Source: Eledone cirrhosa
Lineage: Eukaryota
Direction of reading: 5' to 3'
Assembly (NCBI GenBank): GCA_964016885.1
Contig: OZ024762.1
Location: forward strand, 22,692,001-22,756,000
Length of the DNA stretch: 64,000 bases
The position numbers and the translations under genes were made by a program. Numbering within the stretch: the first letter of the stretch is position 1; each line of letters starts with the position of its first letter. Shown here in pieces: positions 45,045 to 57,770 of this stretch. The notes beneath the pieces were generated by a model. The model did no database searches. It was not told the origin of the DNA and worked only from the letters and a program-made list of their open reading frames with translations.

Positions 45045-45940
45045 CTCAGCCATATATATATATACACACACACGTGTATTTCTGTGTATTTATACATCAT
45101 AAACAGTGCCAACAATGTTGCCAACTATATACAATATCGATTAACAATCTTCTGATATTTGGCCTGATTAATATTGACCCCTTTTCACGGTATAAGCTCC
45201 TCGTGGAGACCTTTGTACATGCCGTGCACCGCCATATATCATGGGCTGTCAACGATGCCAGGCCAAAATCCTCTGCCATTTGACATTCAAGTCATTAAGC
45301 TTTTCATTTAGCAATAGATATATCTTTAATAATTTTCGACAGGACATGATGAAGCCCTGGTGTCTGTATATGGTGTGTGTGTGTGTATGTGTGGTGTGTG
45401 TGTGGGTGTGTGTATGTGTGTGTTTCTATACTGGTGTGTGTGTGTACATATATATATACATATATACATATATACATATATATGTAAATATATATACATA
45501 TATACATATGTGTATTTGTGTGTACACACATATATATATATATATATATACATATATATGTAAATATATATACATACATATATATATATATACACACATA
45601 TATATGTAAATTTATATACATATATATATATACACACGCATATATATGTAAATTTATATAACATACATATATTTATGTATATATATATATATATATATAT
45701 ACATATATGTGTGTATATATACATAACACACATATATTTATGTATAAATATAAGTGTATATATATATACATATATGTGTGTATATATACATAACATACAT
45801 ATATTTATGTGTATATATATACATATATATATATACACATAGAGAAAGAGAGATAATAAATATATACACAAGTATATACACACAAGTACATATTTATATA
45901 CGTATGTTTACAAATAATTCATACATATATTTACACACGT

Positions 45941-45989
<49 letters not shown>

Positions 45990-46182
45990 TGAGATTTGGG
46001 CAGTGATGTCAGTAATAAATAACCTCTAACGTATACGAGGAGGTTGGGGGGGGGGGGGAGGGTCTAAACATCAACAACAACAATAATAGAAGCAGTTGAA
46101 ACATCTTCATCAACAATATCACCAACGCCACCAACAACAGTGTCAACATCATTTACCCCTTCTACCTCCGTATCATGTATAG

Positions 46183-46225
<43 letters not shown>

Positions 46226-46239
46226 ATGTTATAGAAGGA

Positions 46240-46288
46240 GCTTCTACAGGACTAGTACTGTTTCATTCAGATGAAATCCTCAGGAAGC
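46240..46288 (-). ncRNA. Type I HHR (family G), minus arm of a hairpin
   Basis: Reverse complement reads GCTTC-CTGAGGA-TTTCATCTGAAT-GAAA-CAG..CTG-TA-GAAGC. Confidence 0.75.
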
Positions 46289-46289
46289 A

Positions 46290-46338
46290 GCTTCCTGAAG
46301 ATTTCATCTGAAAGAAACAGTACTAGTCCTGTAGAAGC
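46290..46338 (+). ncRNA. Type I HHR (family G) with full stem III
   Basis: GCTTC-CTGAAGA-TTTCAtcTGAAA-GAAA-CAG tactagtc CTG-TA-GAAGC (GUA site). Confidence 0.85.
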
Positions 46339-46425
46339 TCCTTCTATAAAATAAAAAAAATTTACTCTGCCATGTATTGAGTACCTTACTTACTGTGGTT
46401 ATTCCCGACTCAACCCGGGACCTAC

Positions 46426-46482
<57 letters not shown>

Positions 46483-46626
46483 GAAGGAAATGTGGTAAGG
46501 AAGCAAGTGGACCATAACGCACCAAAGTACTCAATAGAGTGGGTAATAGGAACGAGTAGGACCCCGACGGCTGAGCTCAAGCCGTTTCGACGGCTAATTC
46601 ATTCAGCCGTCGGGGTCCTATTCGTT

Positions 46627-46681
<55 letters not shown>

Positions 46682-46691
46682 CATTACAAGG

Positions 46692-46776
46692 GGTCTGACG
46701 AGCGGCGTATTACAGAGTCAGGTCAGATTGATACAGATCGAACGTTGAGCTGATCAGTTGCGAAATGCGCGTCACC
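46692..46776 (+). ncRNA. Type I HHR with extended stem II
   Basis: GGT-CTGACGA-GCGGC..GTTGC-GAAA-TGCGCG-TC-ACC (GUC site). Tail to 46932, then TA. A truncated, GACA-mutated minus copy lies at ~38510-38625. Confidence 0.7.
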
Positions 46777-47130
46777 AACCAATAAACGTAATGAAGGATC
46801 AACCAATCATCCTTGTTATTTTATTTCACTATAATACACTCTGTCTAGCTCTACACCTCGACACAGAAGTGAACCTCAGCATCGAGTGCTCACCCTGGTG
46901 AACCTACAATAACTCCAAGTTACACTCCCTGTATATATATATCGTTTAATCATCATAATTATTTCACGGTTCTCCATGCAATCGTGACATGTAGCTAAAC
47001 TATCCATGTTACCTGGTACACGTGCTTTTGTCAGTAAACCTACGCATTGTCAATTCTACATTACTATATATATATCTGTACCTAGCTGGCGAAACGGTCG
47101 GAGCTCAGCCGTCGGAGTCCTGACTATTTT

Positions 47131-47173
<43 letters not shown>

Positions 47174-47505
47174 TTGTCTGAATCTCTGTTTTGTTCCCGT
47201 CCAAATTTGAAACTATATATATATATATATATATATAAAATATTAAAAAAATAATGAATAAAACAATGAAACAGTTCCTTATATTAAACAAAAAAAGTTC
47301 ATTATTTAACGATCGTTTCTAGGATATATATGTGTTAGAATTGGCATGCATATTCAACAGATCTATGTACAAAATTATACAAAATTATACAAACTATCAA
47401 AATTAAATATACATACCAACACATGTATACACATACATACGCATACATGGATGTGTATGTATGTGTATATATGCGTATATGTATGTGTGTATGTGTGTGT
47501 GAGTA

Positions 47506-47558
<53 letters not shown>

Positions 47559-47636
47559 TTATTATATGTGTGTGTATGTGTATATATATCTTTATATATG
47601 TGTATGTGTATGTGTGTGTATGTATGTGTGTATATA

Positions 47637-47667
<31 letters not shown>

Positions 47668-47759
47668 GTGTGTATATGTATGTATATATATATATATTTA
47701 TATGTGGGTATGTATGTGTATGTGTGTATATACATGAGTGTGTTTATATATGTGTGTAG

Positions 47760-47807
<48 letters not shown>

Positions 47808-48020
47808 TGTGAATGTATATATATATATATGTATGCGTGTATGTGTGTATATATATATATATGTGTGTATATGTGTATATGTCTATGTATTTATATGTGT
47901 ATATGTATGTGTCTCTATATGTATGCGTGTGTGTATGTGTATGTGTATTTATATGGTGTGTGTATGTATATGTATGTGTATGTATGTGTTTATGTATATG
48001 TGTATGTATATGTATGGATA

Positions 48021-48061
<41 letters not shown>

Positions 48062-48095
48062 GTATGTATATCGATGTATATTTTATATTTTACTT

Positions 48096-48136
<41 letters not shown>

Positions 48137-48731
48137 CTTGATATATTTCTTTTTTCTTTTTCTTTTCTTTTTATTTCTAAATTTATAGATACATTTATAA
48201 ATAGGCAGTCTGCTGACACCGGTGAATACTGACCTCTTCTCCCTCCCCCCACCTACTTTCTGTATCTGGATCTAAATATGTGTGGCAGTGTTTATGTGCG
48301 CGCATTAATGTCCATATGCTTATGATAATAGTATATACACATATATATGTGTGTGGGGTGTGTGTGTGTATGTGTGTTCGTGGTTGTGTGTATGTTTATG
48401 CGTATACGCGCGTGTGTGTGTGAATGTACGTATATGTGTGAGTATATGAATGTGTGTATATATTTATTTGTATATTTATATGTGTATACGTATTTTATCT
48501 GTAGATTATAAACATACAGAGACATTAGCCTTGAATTTTTGTATTTACATACATCTTTTTGGCATGCGTATGCATGTGAACATATATCTTTATGCATATC
48601 TGTGAACGAAGTTACTTACATATATACACACACCTAACTGTATAAACTTTTTGTATTTTCATCGGTCAATTTGAACTCTGTTCCCAAACAGACCTGTAAT
48701 TTTGAATTGTTGTTATTATCAATAAATATAT

Positions 48732-48885
48732 TTCATTATTTCTGAAGACGGCATATATATGTGTTGGTATGTATATTTAATTTTGATAGTTTGTATAATT
48801 TTGTATAATTTTGTACATAGATCTGTTGAATATGCATGCCAATTCTAACACATATATATCCTAGAAACGATCGTTAAATAATGAA
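48732..48885 (+). ncRNA. Type I HHR with ~115-nt stem II domain
   Basis: TTCATTATTT-CTGAAGA-..ATATATATGTGTTGG..CTAACACATATATAT..-GAAA-CGATCG-TT-AAATAATGAA, with a perfect 10-bp stem I. Confidence 0.8.
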
Positions 48886-49079
48886 CTTTTTTTGTTTAAT
48901 ATAAGGAACTGTTTCATTGTTTTATTCATTATTTTTTTAATATTTTATCTTGACTCTGTATTCCGTTTATCTTTCACCGAAAGTGATTTTTCATTGCATC
49001 TCTTCTTTCCATGATATCCGGATTACATTGAGTTCTTCATACGGATTGGACACTACCGTAAACTCTTGGTAGATTTATC

Positions 49080-49116
<37 letters not shown>

Positions 49117-49275
49117 CGTTTCTGAATTTGTTTAGCAAGATTCTTTATCTGAAATCGTGTGTTGAAACCGATATTGTTATACTTTGGGAGGGTCATGTTG
49201 CCAATAAGAAACACACGCACCATTTGGCGTAGGACAGAAGAAAGGAAAGGCACAGAAACAAAGAAAGGAATCCCC

Positions 49276-49320
49276 AGTCACTGAAGAGGTCACAGAGTGT
49301 GTGGCGAAAGGACTATGACT
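49276..49320 (+). ncRNA. Minimal type I HHR
   Basis: AGTCA-CTGAAGA-gGTCACA/TGTGGC-GAAA-GGAC-TA-TGACT. Lies between ~52-bp inverted arms at 49170-49222 and 49430-49481. Confidence 0.75.
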
Positions 49321-49875
49321 ATATATAAACAACTATCTGGTTGTGGAACCAACCAACCAGAAATTTATAACTTTGTAGATTTGTAAATTTATAAATTTAT
49401 AAATATATAATAAATTGAAGTGAAAGCATCTGGTGCGTGTGTTTCTTATTGGCAACATGACCCTCCCAAAGTATAACAATATATATATATATATATATAT
49501 AGCCTAATGGATTCCCTTGTAGTACGTACAATCTGGACACACTTACACACACCTTGGTGTTGTGACAATACTATACATCATTGCACCTCTTTTATTATTG
49601 AACATTCACGTGACTTCTACCGACCAATCAAAATTATAGTGCTTATTCACGTGACATTCAACCACCAAACAAATCACGGGCGCTCTATCTCAAAATTATT
49701 TTTGAAAACCATTTGAAATGCGCAACCGGTAAAAGACTTAAAACTTAAAACTAACACAGAATACTAACCAATACTTATTACTAATTTATACTTATTCCTA
49801 ATTAAACTATTTTTCACTGGAAAACATCTGTCAGCATTTTCTTTTCCTTTTTACTAATATATATATATATATGTC

Positions 49876-49950
<75 letters not shown>

Positions 49951-49973
49951 GTCCTAATATATATATATATGTC

Positions 49974-50067
<94 letters not shown>

Positions 50068-50155
50068 AATATATATATATATATATATATATGTCCCAAG
50101 GCTCTGATACCATCAACACTATACACACAGAGCTGGCATATCTAAGAACTGAGTA

Positions 50156-50211
50156 ACTGCCTGATGAGGTCATATCCATTCAATGGCTATCATCGAAATA
50201 TATATAGCAGT
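50156..50211 (+). ncRNA. Type I HHR (family A relative)
   Basis: ACTGC-CTGATGA-GGTCATATCCAT/ATGGCTATCATC-GAAA-TATATA-TA-GCAGT. Confidence 0.75.
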
Positions 50212-50252
50212 AAATAAAGGATTATGAGTTCATGCAATTGACTTATGTTTCG

Positions 50253-50297
<45 letters not shown>

Positions 50298-50689
50298 TTA
50301 GGAACCAGTAAGACCCCGACAGATGAGCGGGGTCTTACTGGTTCCTATTACCCACTCTACTACCCCAAGTATTGAGTACTTTGGTGCGTTATGGTCCACC
50401 TGGTTCCTTACCACATTTCCTTCGTTACATATGTATTTATATATATAGGTTTATACCTAAAATAGCCATGTTACCTGGTACACGTGCTTTTGTCAGTAAA
50501 CTTACACTTTATCAATTCTACATTACTATATATATACCTATACCTAAAATAGCCATGTTACCTGGTACACGTGCTTTTGTCAGTAAACTTACACATTATA
50601 AATTCTATACTGTTATACACACCGGACAACGTCACACAATACCACTTCACGTTTATCATCGTTTACAGTTTATTTACCTTCACTTACAA

Positions 50690-50691
50690 CT

Positions 50692-50722
<31 letters not shown>

Positions 50723-51505
50723 CTCTGTCTCTTTCCTTCTTTCTCTCTTTCCGCCTCTGTCTCTTTCGTTCTTTCTTTATGACGATTTCCTTCTCTCTTT
50801 CTATCTGCCTCTTTCATTATTTCTCTTTCTTTTTCCCTCTGTCGCTTTCGTTCTTTCTTTCATTCTTTCTTTCTTTCTTACTTTCTTTTTCCTTCTTTTA
50901 CCAGCATCAAACATACCTCCATCACCATCAACACTATCGTCATCATCAACACCACCACCATCATCAACACCACTACCATCAACAGCACCATCAACACCAA
51001 CACCACCATCAAAACCAACACCACCATCAACACCAACACCACAATCAACACCAACATCAACACCACCGCCTCCATAATCAACACCCACCTCCACCACCAC
51101 CATCAACACCACCACCACCAACACCACCACCACCACCACAATCAACACCACCACCACCACCACCACAATCAACACCACCACCACAATCAACAACACCATC
51201 ACCACCACCATCATCATCATCATCAACACATTTAACCTTCATTTAAATATTAGAGATTATTATCAATGAGTTCATACAATTACCGAAAACTCCGGTAGGT
51301 GTCTCCAAGTTCGTGATAAGTGCATTAACCTAACATGCCATCACCAGCCACCCTCCACCCTATACCCCATCCACCCTCTTCTTTCTATATAATATTCCCC
51401 CTCTCCCTTCCACTCCTTTACATCTGCCTTTCCAACATTTTTCAACCCCTTGTCTTTTTTTCCCTTCTTTCCATTCACATCTTCACAACGACTTCCTCTC
51501 ATATA

Positions 51506-51539
<34 letters not shown>

Positions 51540-51546
51540 TACTCAG

Positions 51547-51594
<48 letters not shown>

Positions 51595-51596
51595 TC

Positions 51597-51644
<48 letters not shown>

Positions 51645-51646
51645 TC

Positions 51647-51684
<38 letters not shown>

Positions 51685-51728
51685 TCATTTATTTATATAT
51701 ATATATATATATATACATATATACTCAG

Positions 51729-51761
<33 letters not shown>

Positions 51762-51796
51762 CTCATTTATTTATATATATATATATATATATACTC

Positions 51797-51852
<56 letters not shown>

Positions 51853-51891
51853 TCAGTTATTTATATATATATATATATATACTCAGCTATT

Positions 51892-51925
<34 letters not shown>

Positions 51926-52039
51926 TACGTGTGTGTGTATATATATGAGATAATCTGAAACATGACATCTATAATTTTTAATGTGTGTGTATGTATGAAA
52001 TACAATGAATATATATATAGATCCACATATAAATAACAG

Positions 52040-52097
<58 letters not shown>

Positions 52098-52124
52098 CTT
52101 ATGTATACATGGATTTATATATAT

Positions 52125-52170
<46 letters not shown>
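50690..52170. repeat. (TTTC)n, (ACC/ATC)n and (TA)n tracts
   Basis: Direct inspection. Confidence 0.9.
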
Positions 52171-52176
<6 letters not shown>

Positions 52177-52177
52177 A

Positions 52178-52365
52178 AATGAAGTAATTCCATCGGAAAA
52201 GTCCAGGAAAAAAGAGTGCTCTATGTAGGCAACAGAGCTTAATTATTATTATTATGTAATAAACAACATAAGGCAATTATTCCATTTACCAGTGGTTTCT
52301 TTTGCTTTTAAGAAACCACTGGTAAATGGAATAATTGCCTTATGTTGTTTATTACATAATAATAA
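52178..52365 (-). mobile_element. Fold-back remnant of HHR family D (3' half-HHR plus tail)
   Basis: Palindrome ~52245-52365 with GAAACCACTGGTAAATGG. Its tail is homologous to 25030-25095. Confidence 0.75.
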
Positions 52366-52461
52366 TATATATATATATATATATTATAAGGACAGATTAA
52401 AGTTTAAGCAAAGAAGCGCTGCTTTCACCCATAAGGGGATTTTAGTCTTCACATCTATTAT

Positions 52462-52520
<59 letters not shown>

Positions 52521-52825
52521 ATATTCATTACATTTCATGAGAAAGGTTTCAAAATCTTCGTACAAAAGACCTTCAGGAAACCTCCTCCATTTCCACCAAG
52601 CGTGAAACTAATATAACTGTGTAAAATCTTCCCCAGTGTTTTAATTATGTTCCCACTCTTAAGCGGGCCACATGCCTTCTGACCCTAAATAATTACCCAC
52701 ACATGTATTACCACAGACATACCAGCCTCTGGATCACTGGACTTTGTACTGCTCTCGCAATTATCAAAACCCCAATGATCAAAACCCTTTCATTATGAGC
52801 CTGTCTGATCGAAGACGACCTAGGG

Positions 52826-54592
52826 TTAAACAAACACAACAACGACAACAATAACAACGACTACAACAATAACAACAATAACAACGACATCAATAACAAT
52901 AACAACGACAACCACAACGAAAACAATAACAACAACAATAACAATGACAACAGTAAGAACAACAATAACAACAACAACAACGACAACAACAACAGCAATA
53001 ACAACGACAACAACAACGATAACTACGATAAAAGTAGCAAGAGTAAGGATAAGAAAAGTGAAACGAAAATACATGTACTGCGACGACCTTCATTCAATGG
53101 CGACATTGCTACAGTAATCACAGCAACAGCAACATTAATAACTGCAACAATTGCACAAACTACAACAACAACAACAACAACAACAACAAGAGCAATACAA
53201 ATAGACAGGGAATGAAACCAAGTTAAAACTTATTGAATAACAATAGACAGCATATAGAGATAGACATAGGGGCAGGGAAGATAGTTAGAATGATAGGACA
53301 GACAGACAGACAGACAGACAGACAGGCAGACAGACAGACAGACAGATAGATATACGGATAGATATATGATAGGTAGATAGATAGAGACAGAGAGACATAC
53401 ATACACACAGACATAGACAGACAGACAGACAGATAGAATCGAAGAGAGGGAAGTGATAGTTAGAAAATAAAAAAACAAGGAAAGAAAATCCGAAGGATAT
53501 GGAAAGAGAGACAAAGCGAGAGAGGAAGAGAGAGAGAGAGAGAGAGGAAGAGAGAGAGATTGAAAGAGAGAGAGAGAGAGATTGAAAGAGAGAAGAGAAT
53601 GAAAGAGAGAGTGAAAGAGAGAGAGAAAGAGTGAAAAAGAGAGAGTGAGAGAGAGAGTGAAAAAGAGAAAGTGAAAGAGAGAGTGAAAAAGAAAGAGTGA
53701 AAGAGAGAGAGAGAAAGAGAGAGTGAAAGAGAGAGTGAGAGAGAGAGAGAAAGAGAAAGTGAAAGAGAGAGTGAAAGAGAGAGTGAAAGAGAGAGTGAAA
53801 AAGAGAGAGAGAGATGTAATATGAAAAGAAAGAGGAAAAACCAAGTATACAAAGAACAATGGAAGAAGAGAAAAGAAAGAAAGAAAAAAGAGAAAGAAAG
53901 GAAAGAGAAAGAAAGGAAAGAGAAAGAAAGGAAAAAAAGAAAAAAGAGAGAAAGAAAGAAGAACAACAATGGTGGTGTTGGTGTTATTGGGAGCTGTTAC
54001 TGGTAGTGGTGTTGGCGGTGGTAGTTGTGGTAGTGGTTTTGGTAGTGGTGGTAGTAGTGGTGGTGGTGGTAGTGGTGGTGGTGGTGGTAGTGGTGGTTGA
54101 GGTGGTAGTGGCGGTGTTGGTTTTGGTAGTGGTGGTCGTCGTTGTTGTATTGGTGCTAGTAGTGTTGTTGTTGGTGGTTGTTGTTGTATTGATGGTGTTA
54201 ATGGTAGTGTTGGTGATGGTGTAGTAGTTGTGGAAGTGGTGATAGTGGTAGTAGTAGTTGTGGTGATGGTGTTTTTTGTTGTTGTATATTTGTTGTTGTA
54301 TGGCGGCAGTGTTGGAGGTGGTGGTCGTTATCGTGATAGTAGTAGTTTTAGTGATGGTGGAAATAGTAGTAATTGTGGTAGTGATGGTGGTAGTGGTGGT
54401 AGTAGTAGTAGTAGTAGTTTTCGGTGATGGTGGTAGTAGTAGTAATTGTGGTAGGAGTAGTAGTTGTGGTGAGGGCGGTAATATGGGTAGTGGTGGTAGT
54501 AGTTGTGGTGATGGTGCTTTTGTTGGCTTCTTTTTTTGTAAGTTCGGTTTTAGTGTTAGTGGTGGCGGTGGTGGTTGAGGTGGTAGTAGTAA

Positions 54593-54648
<56 letters not shown>

Positions 54649-55661
54649 TTTTTGTTGTTGTAGTATTAGTAGTTATGGTGCAATTGCTGTAGTGATGTGT
54701 AAGCATCTATCAATCGCTACAACGCCAAAAAGGCAAACAAAGTGCAGAAGCGAATACAAACAACATCAACAACAACAACGACAACAACAACGATACAAAG
54801 AACATTAAACAACAACAATAAAAACAACACCAACACCAACACAAACAACAGCAACAACACAAACAACAGCAACACCAACAACACAATCAACAGCAACACC
54901 AACATAAAAACAGCAACACCAACAACACAAACAACAACACCAACAACATAAACAACACCAACAACACCAACCACACAAACAAGAGCAACAAAAAAAACAT
55001 TATACAAGAGCAATAACAACAACAGCAACACCAACAAAAAACATTAAACAACACCAACAACGCAAACAACAGCAACATCAACAAAAAACATTAAACAACA
55101 CCAACAACACAAACAACAACACCAACAACACCAACAACACAAACAACAACAACACCACCAACAACACAAACAACAACACCAACAACACAAACAACAACAA
55201 CACCACCAACAACACAAACAACAACACCAACAACACAAACAAGAGCAACATCAACAAAAAACATTAAACAAGAGCAATAACAACACAAACAACAACAGCA
55301 ACACAAACAACACCAACAGCAACACCAACAACAGGAACAAAAAACATTAAACAAGAGCAATAACAACACAAACAACAACAGCAACACAAACAACACCAAC
55401 AGCAACACCAACAACAGGAACAAAAAACATTAAACAACAACAAATAACTATAATAATAATAATAACAATAATAATAAGAGTAATAATGATAGTAATAACA
55501 GTAATAATAACAATAAGAACGATGTTTGTATTCCTCACGTGTCCATAACACGCGTTCTACGCCGTACTTTTTTTGCAAGATTTATAAGAACTAACGTTTT
55601 TTTCCCTGCCTAACTTCATATGTATCTCTCTCTCTCTATGTACCTACATATGTGTGTATAC

Positions 55662-55729
<68 letters not shown>

Positions 55730-55809
55730 ATATATATATATATATCTACGTACATACATGTATATTATTATATAATTTTATGTAAATATGTATATATATG
55801 TAAGGACGC

Positions 55810-55862
<53 letters not shown>

Positions 55863-55955
55863 TACGTATAAATATTCCTATATATATATATGTTTATGTA
55901 TATATATATATGTTTATATATGTATATGTTTATATATATATATATACAAACATAT

Positions 55956-55996
<41 letters not shown>

Positions 55997-56201
55997 TATA
56001 TACATATATATATACACATATATATATGTATACACATATATATATACACACAAACATATATATATACATACATATATATATATATACATACATATATACA
56101 CACACACACATATATATATACATACATATATATCTATATACATACATACATACATATATATATATACACACATATATATATATACATACAGATATATCTA
56201 T

Positions 56202-56276
<75 letters not shown>

Positions 56277-56357
56277 TAGAGATGAAAAATGGCGTGCTGT
56301 GTTGTTGCATTTGTGATATATAAATAAAATGAAGAATTACAAATAGAAGACAGGACT

Positions 56358-56390
<33 letters not shown>

Positions 56391-56402
56391 ATACATATAC
56401 AC

Positions 56403-56434
<32 letters not shown>

Positions 56435-56546
56435 ATACACACATATATATACACACACACATATATATACATACATATACACATACATACATATACACAT
56501 ACAAACATATATATATATATATTCATATACATATATACATACATAC

Positions 56547-56577
<31 letters not shown>

Positions 56578-56893
56578 CATACATACATATACATATATAT
56601 ATATATATATAAATACAGGGAGAAAAAGAGATGAGATTTGCTCTCATATTTGCTCACACACCCTCCCCAATTTCCATTCCCTCGCGGAACTGTCCTCCAC
56701 CCCCTACCAAGACCCTCTCACTCCCTCATATAACCCTCTGCCCCTACCTCACCCCTCTACTCCTTCATATATCTCGCTGTCCCCCCCCCCTCTCTATTTC
56801 TTCATATAACTCTGCACTTCGCTTGACAAAGTTCGTTGAAATTTGTGTTCGCAGCAAGGCGCATTGAAACAATAACTCACATCCCACATTCGT

Positions 56894-56928
<35 letters not shown>

Positions 56929-56933
56929 AGCAT

Positions 56934-57009
<76 letters not shown>

Positions 57010-57082
57010 ATACGAGTATAATATACATACTTATAACCAGTTACATTTGCTTATGTATGATCCATCTTCATGAAACTTGGCA

Positions 57083-57141
<59 letters not shown>

Positions 57142-57256
57142 GAAAGGTATAGAAAGTATTGTAGCAATAAGCCAACTGTATTCCATAATATATATATATA
57201 TATACATTCATATATATATATATATATACATTCATATATATATATATATATACATT

Positions 57257-57288
<32 letters not shown>

Positions 57289-57292
57289 CATT

Positions 57293-57326
<34 letters not shown>

Positions 57327-57330
57327 CATT

Positions 57331-57375
<45 letters not shown>

Positions 57376-57379
57376 TCAT

Positions 57380-57419
<40 letters not shown>

Positions 57420-57620
57420 TCATATACATACATACATATATATCTATCTAAACATATGTATACGTATATATATATATATATATACACATACACACACACA
57501 TACACACACATACATATATACACACACACATACACATACAAATACAAATACACACATATATACACACATACATACACACATATACACACACATATACACA
57601 TATATACATATATACACACA
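52826..57620. repeat. Compound microsatellite field: (AAC)n, (GACA)n, (GA)n, (GGT/AGT)n, (TA/CA)n
   Basis: Direct inspection. Confidence 0.9.
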
Positions 57621-57770
57621 CTCCTATAATAGTGTTAGTAACTCCCATGTGAGAATGGATGATTAATCTGTCATGCCAACATCAGTAGACTACCTATGAT
57701 CGCCATATTGCAAAGGTTTTCAATTTCAACGCATGCTGACTATTGTGTTGGCGATAATATCTTTTTCTGA

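Noticed and set aside
45105-45360. Possible Tc1/mariner remnant (KGVNINQAKYQKIV on the minus strand)
   Set aside because: The match is short, interrupted by stops and lacks TIRs. It needs BLASTX.
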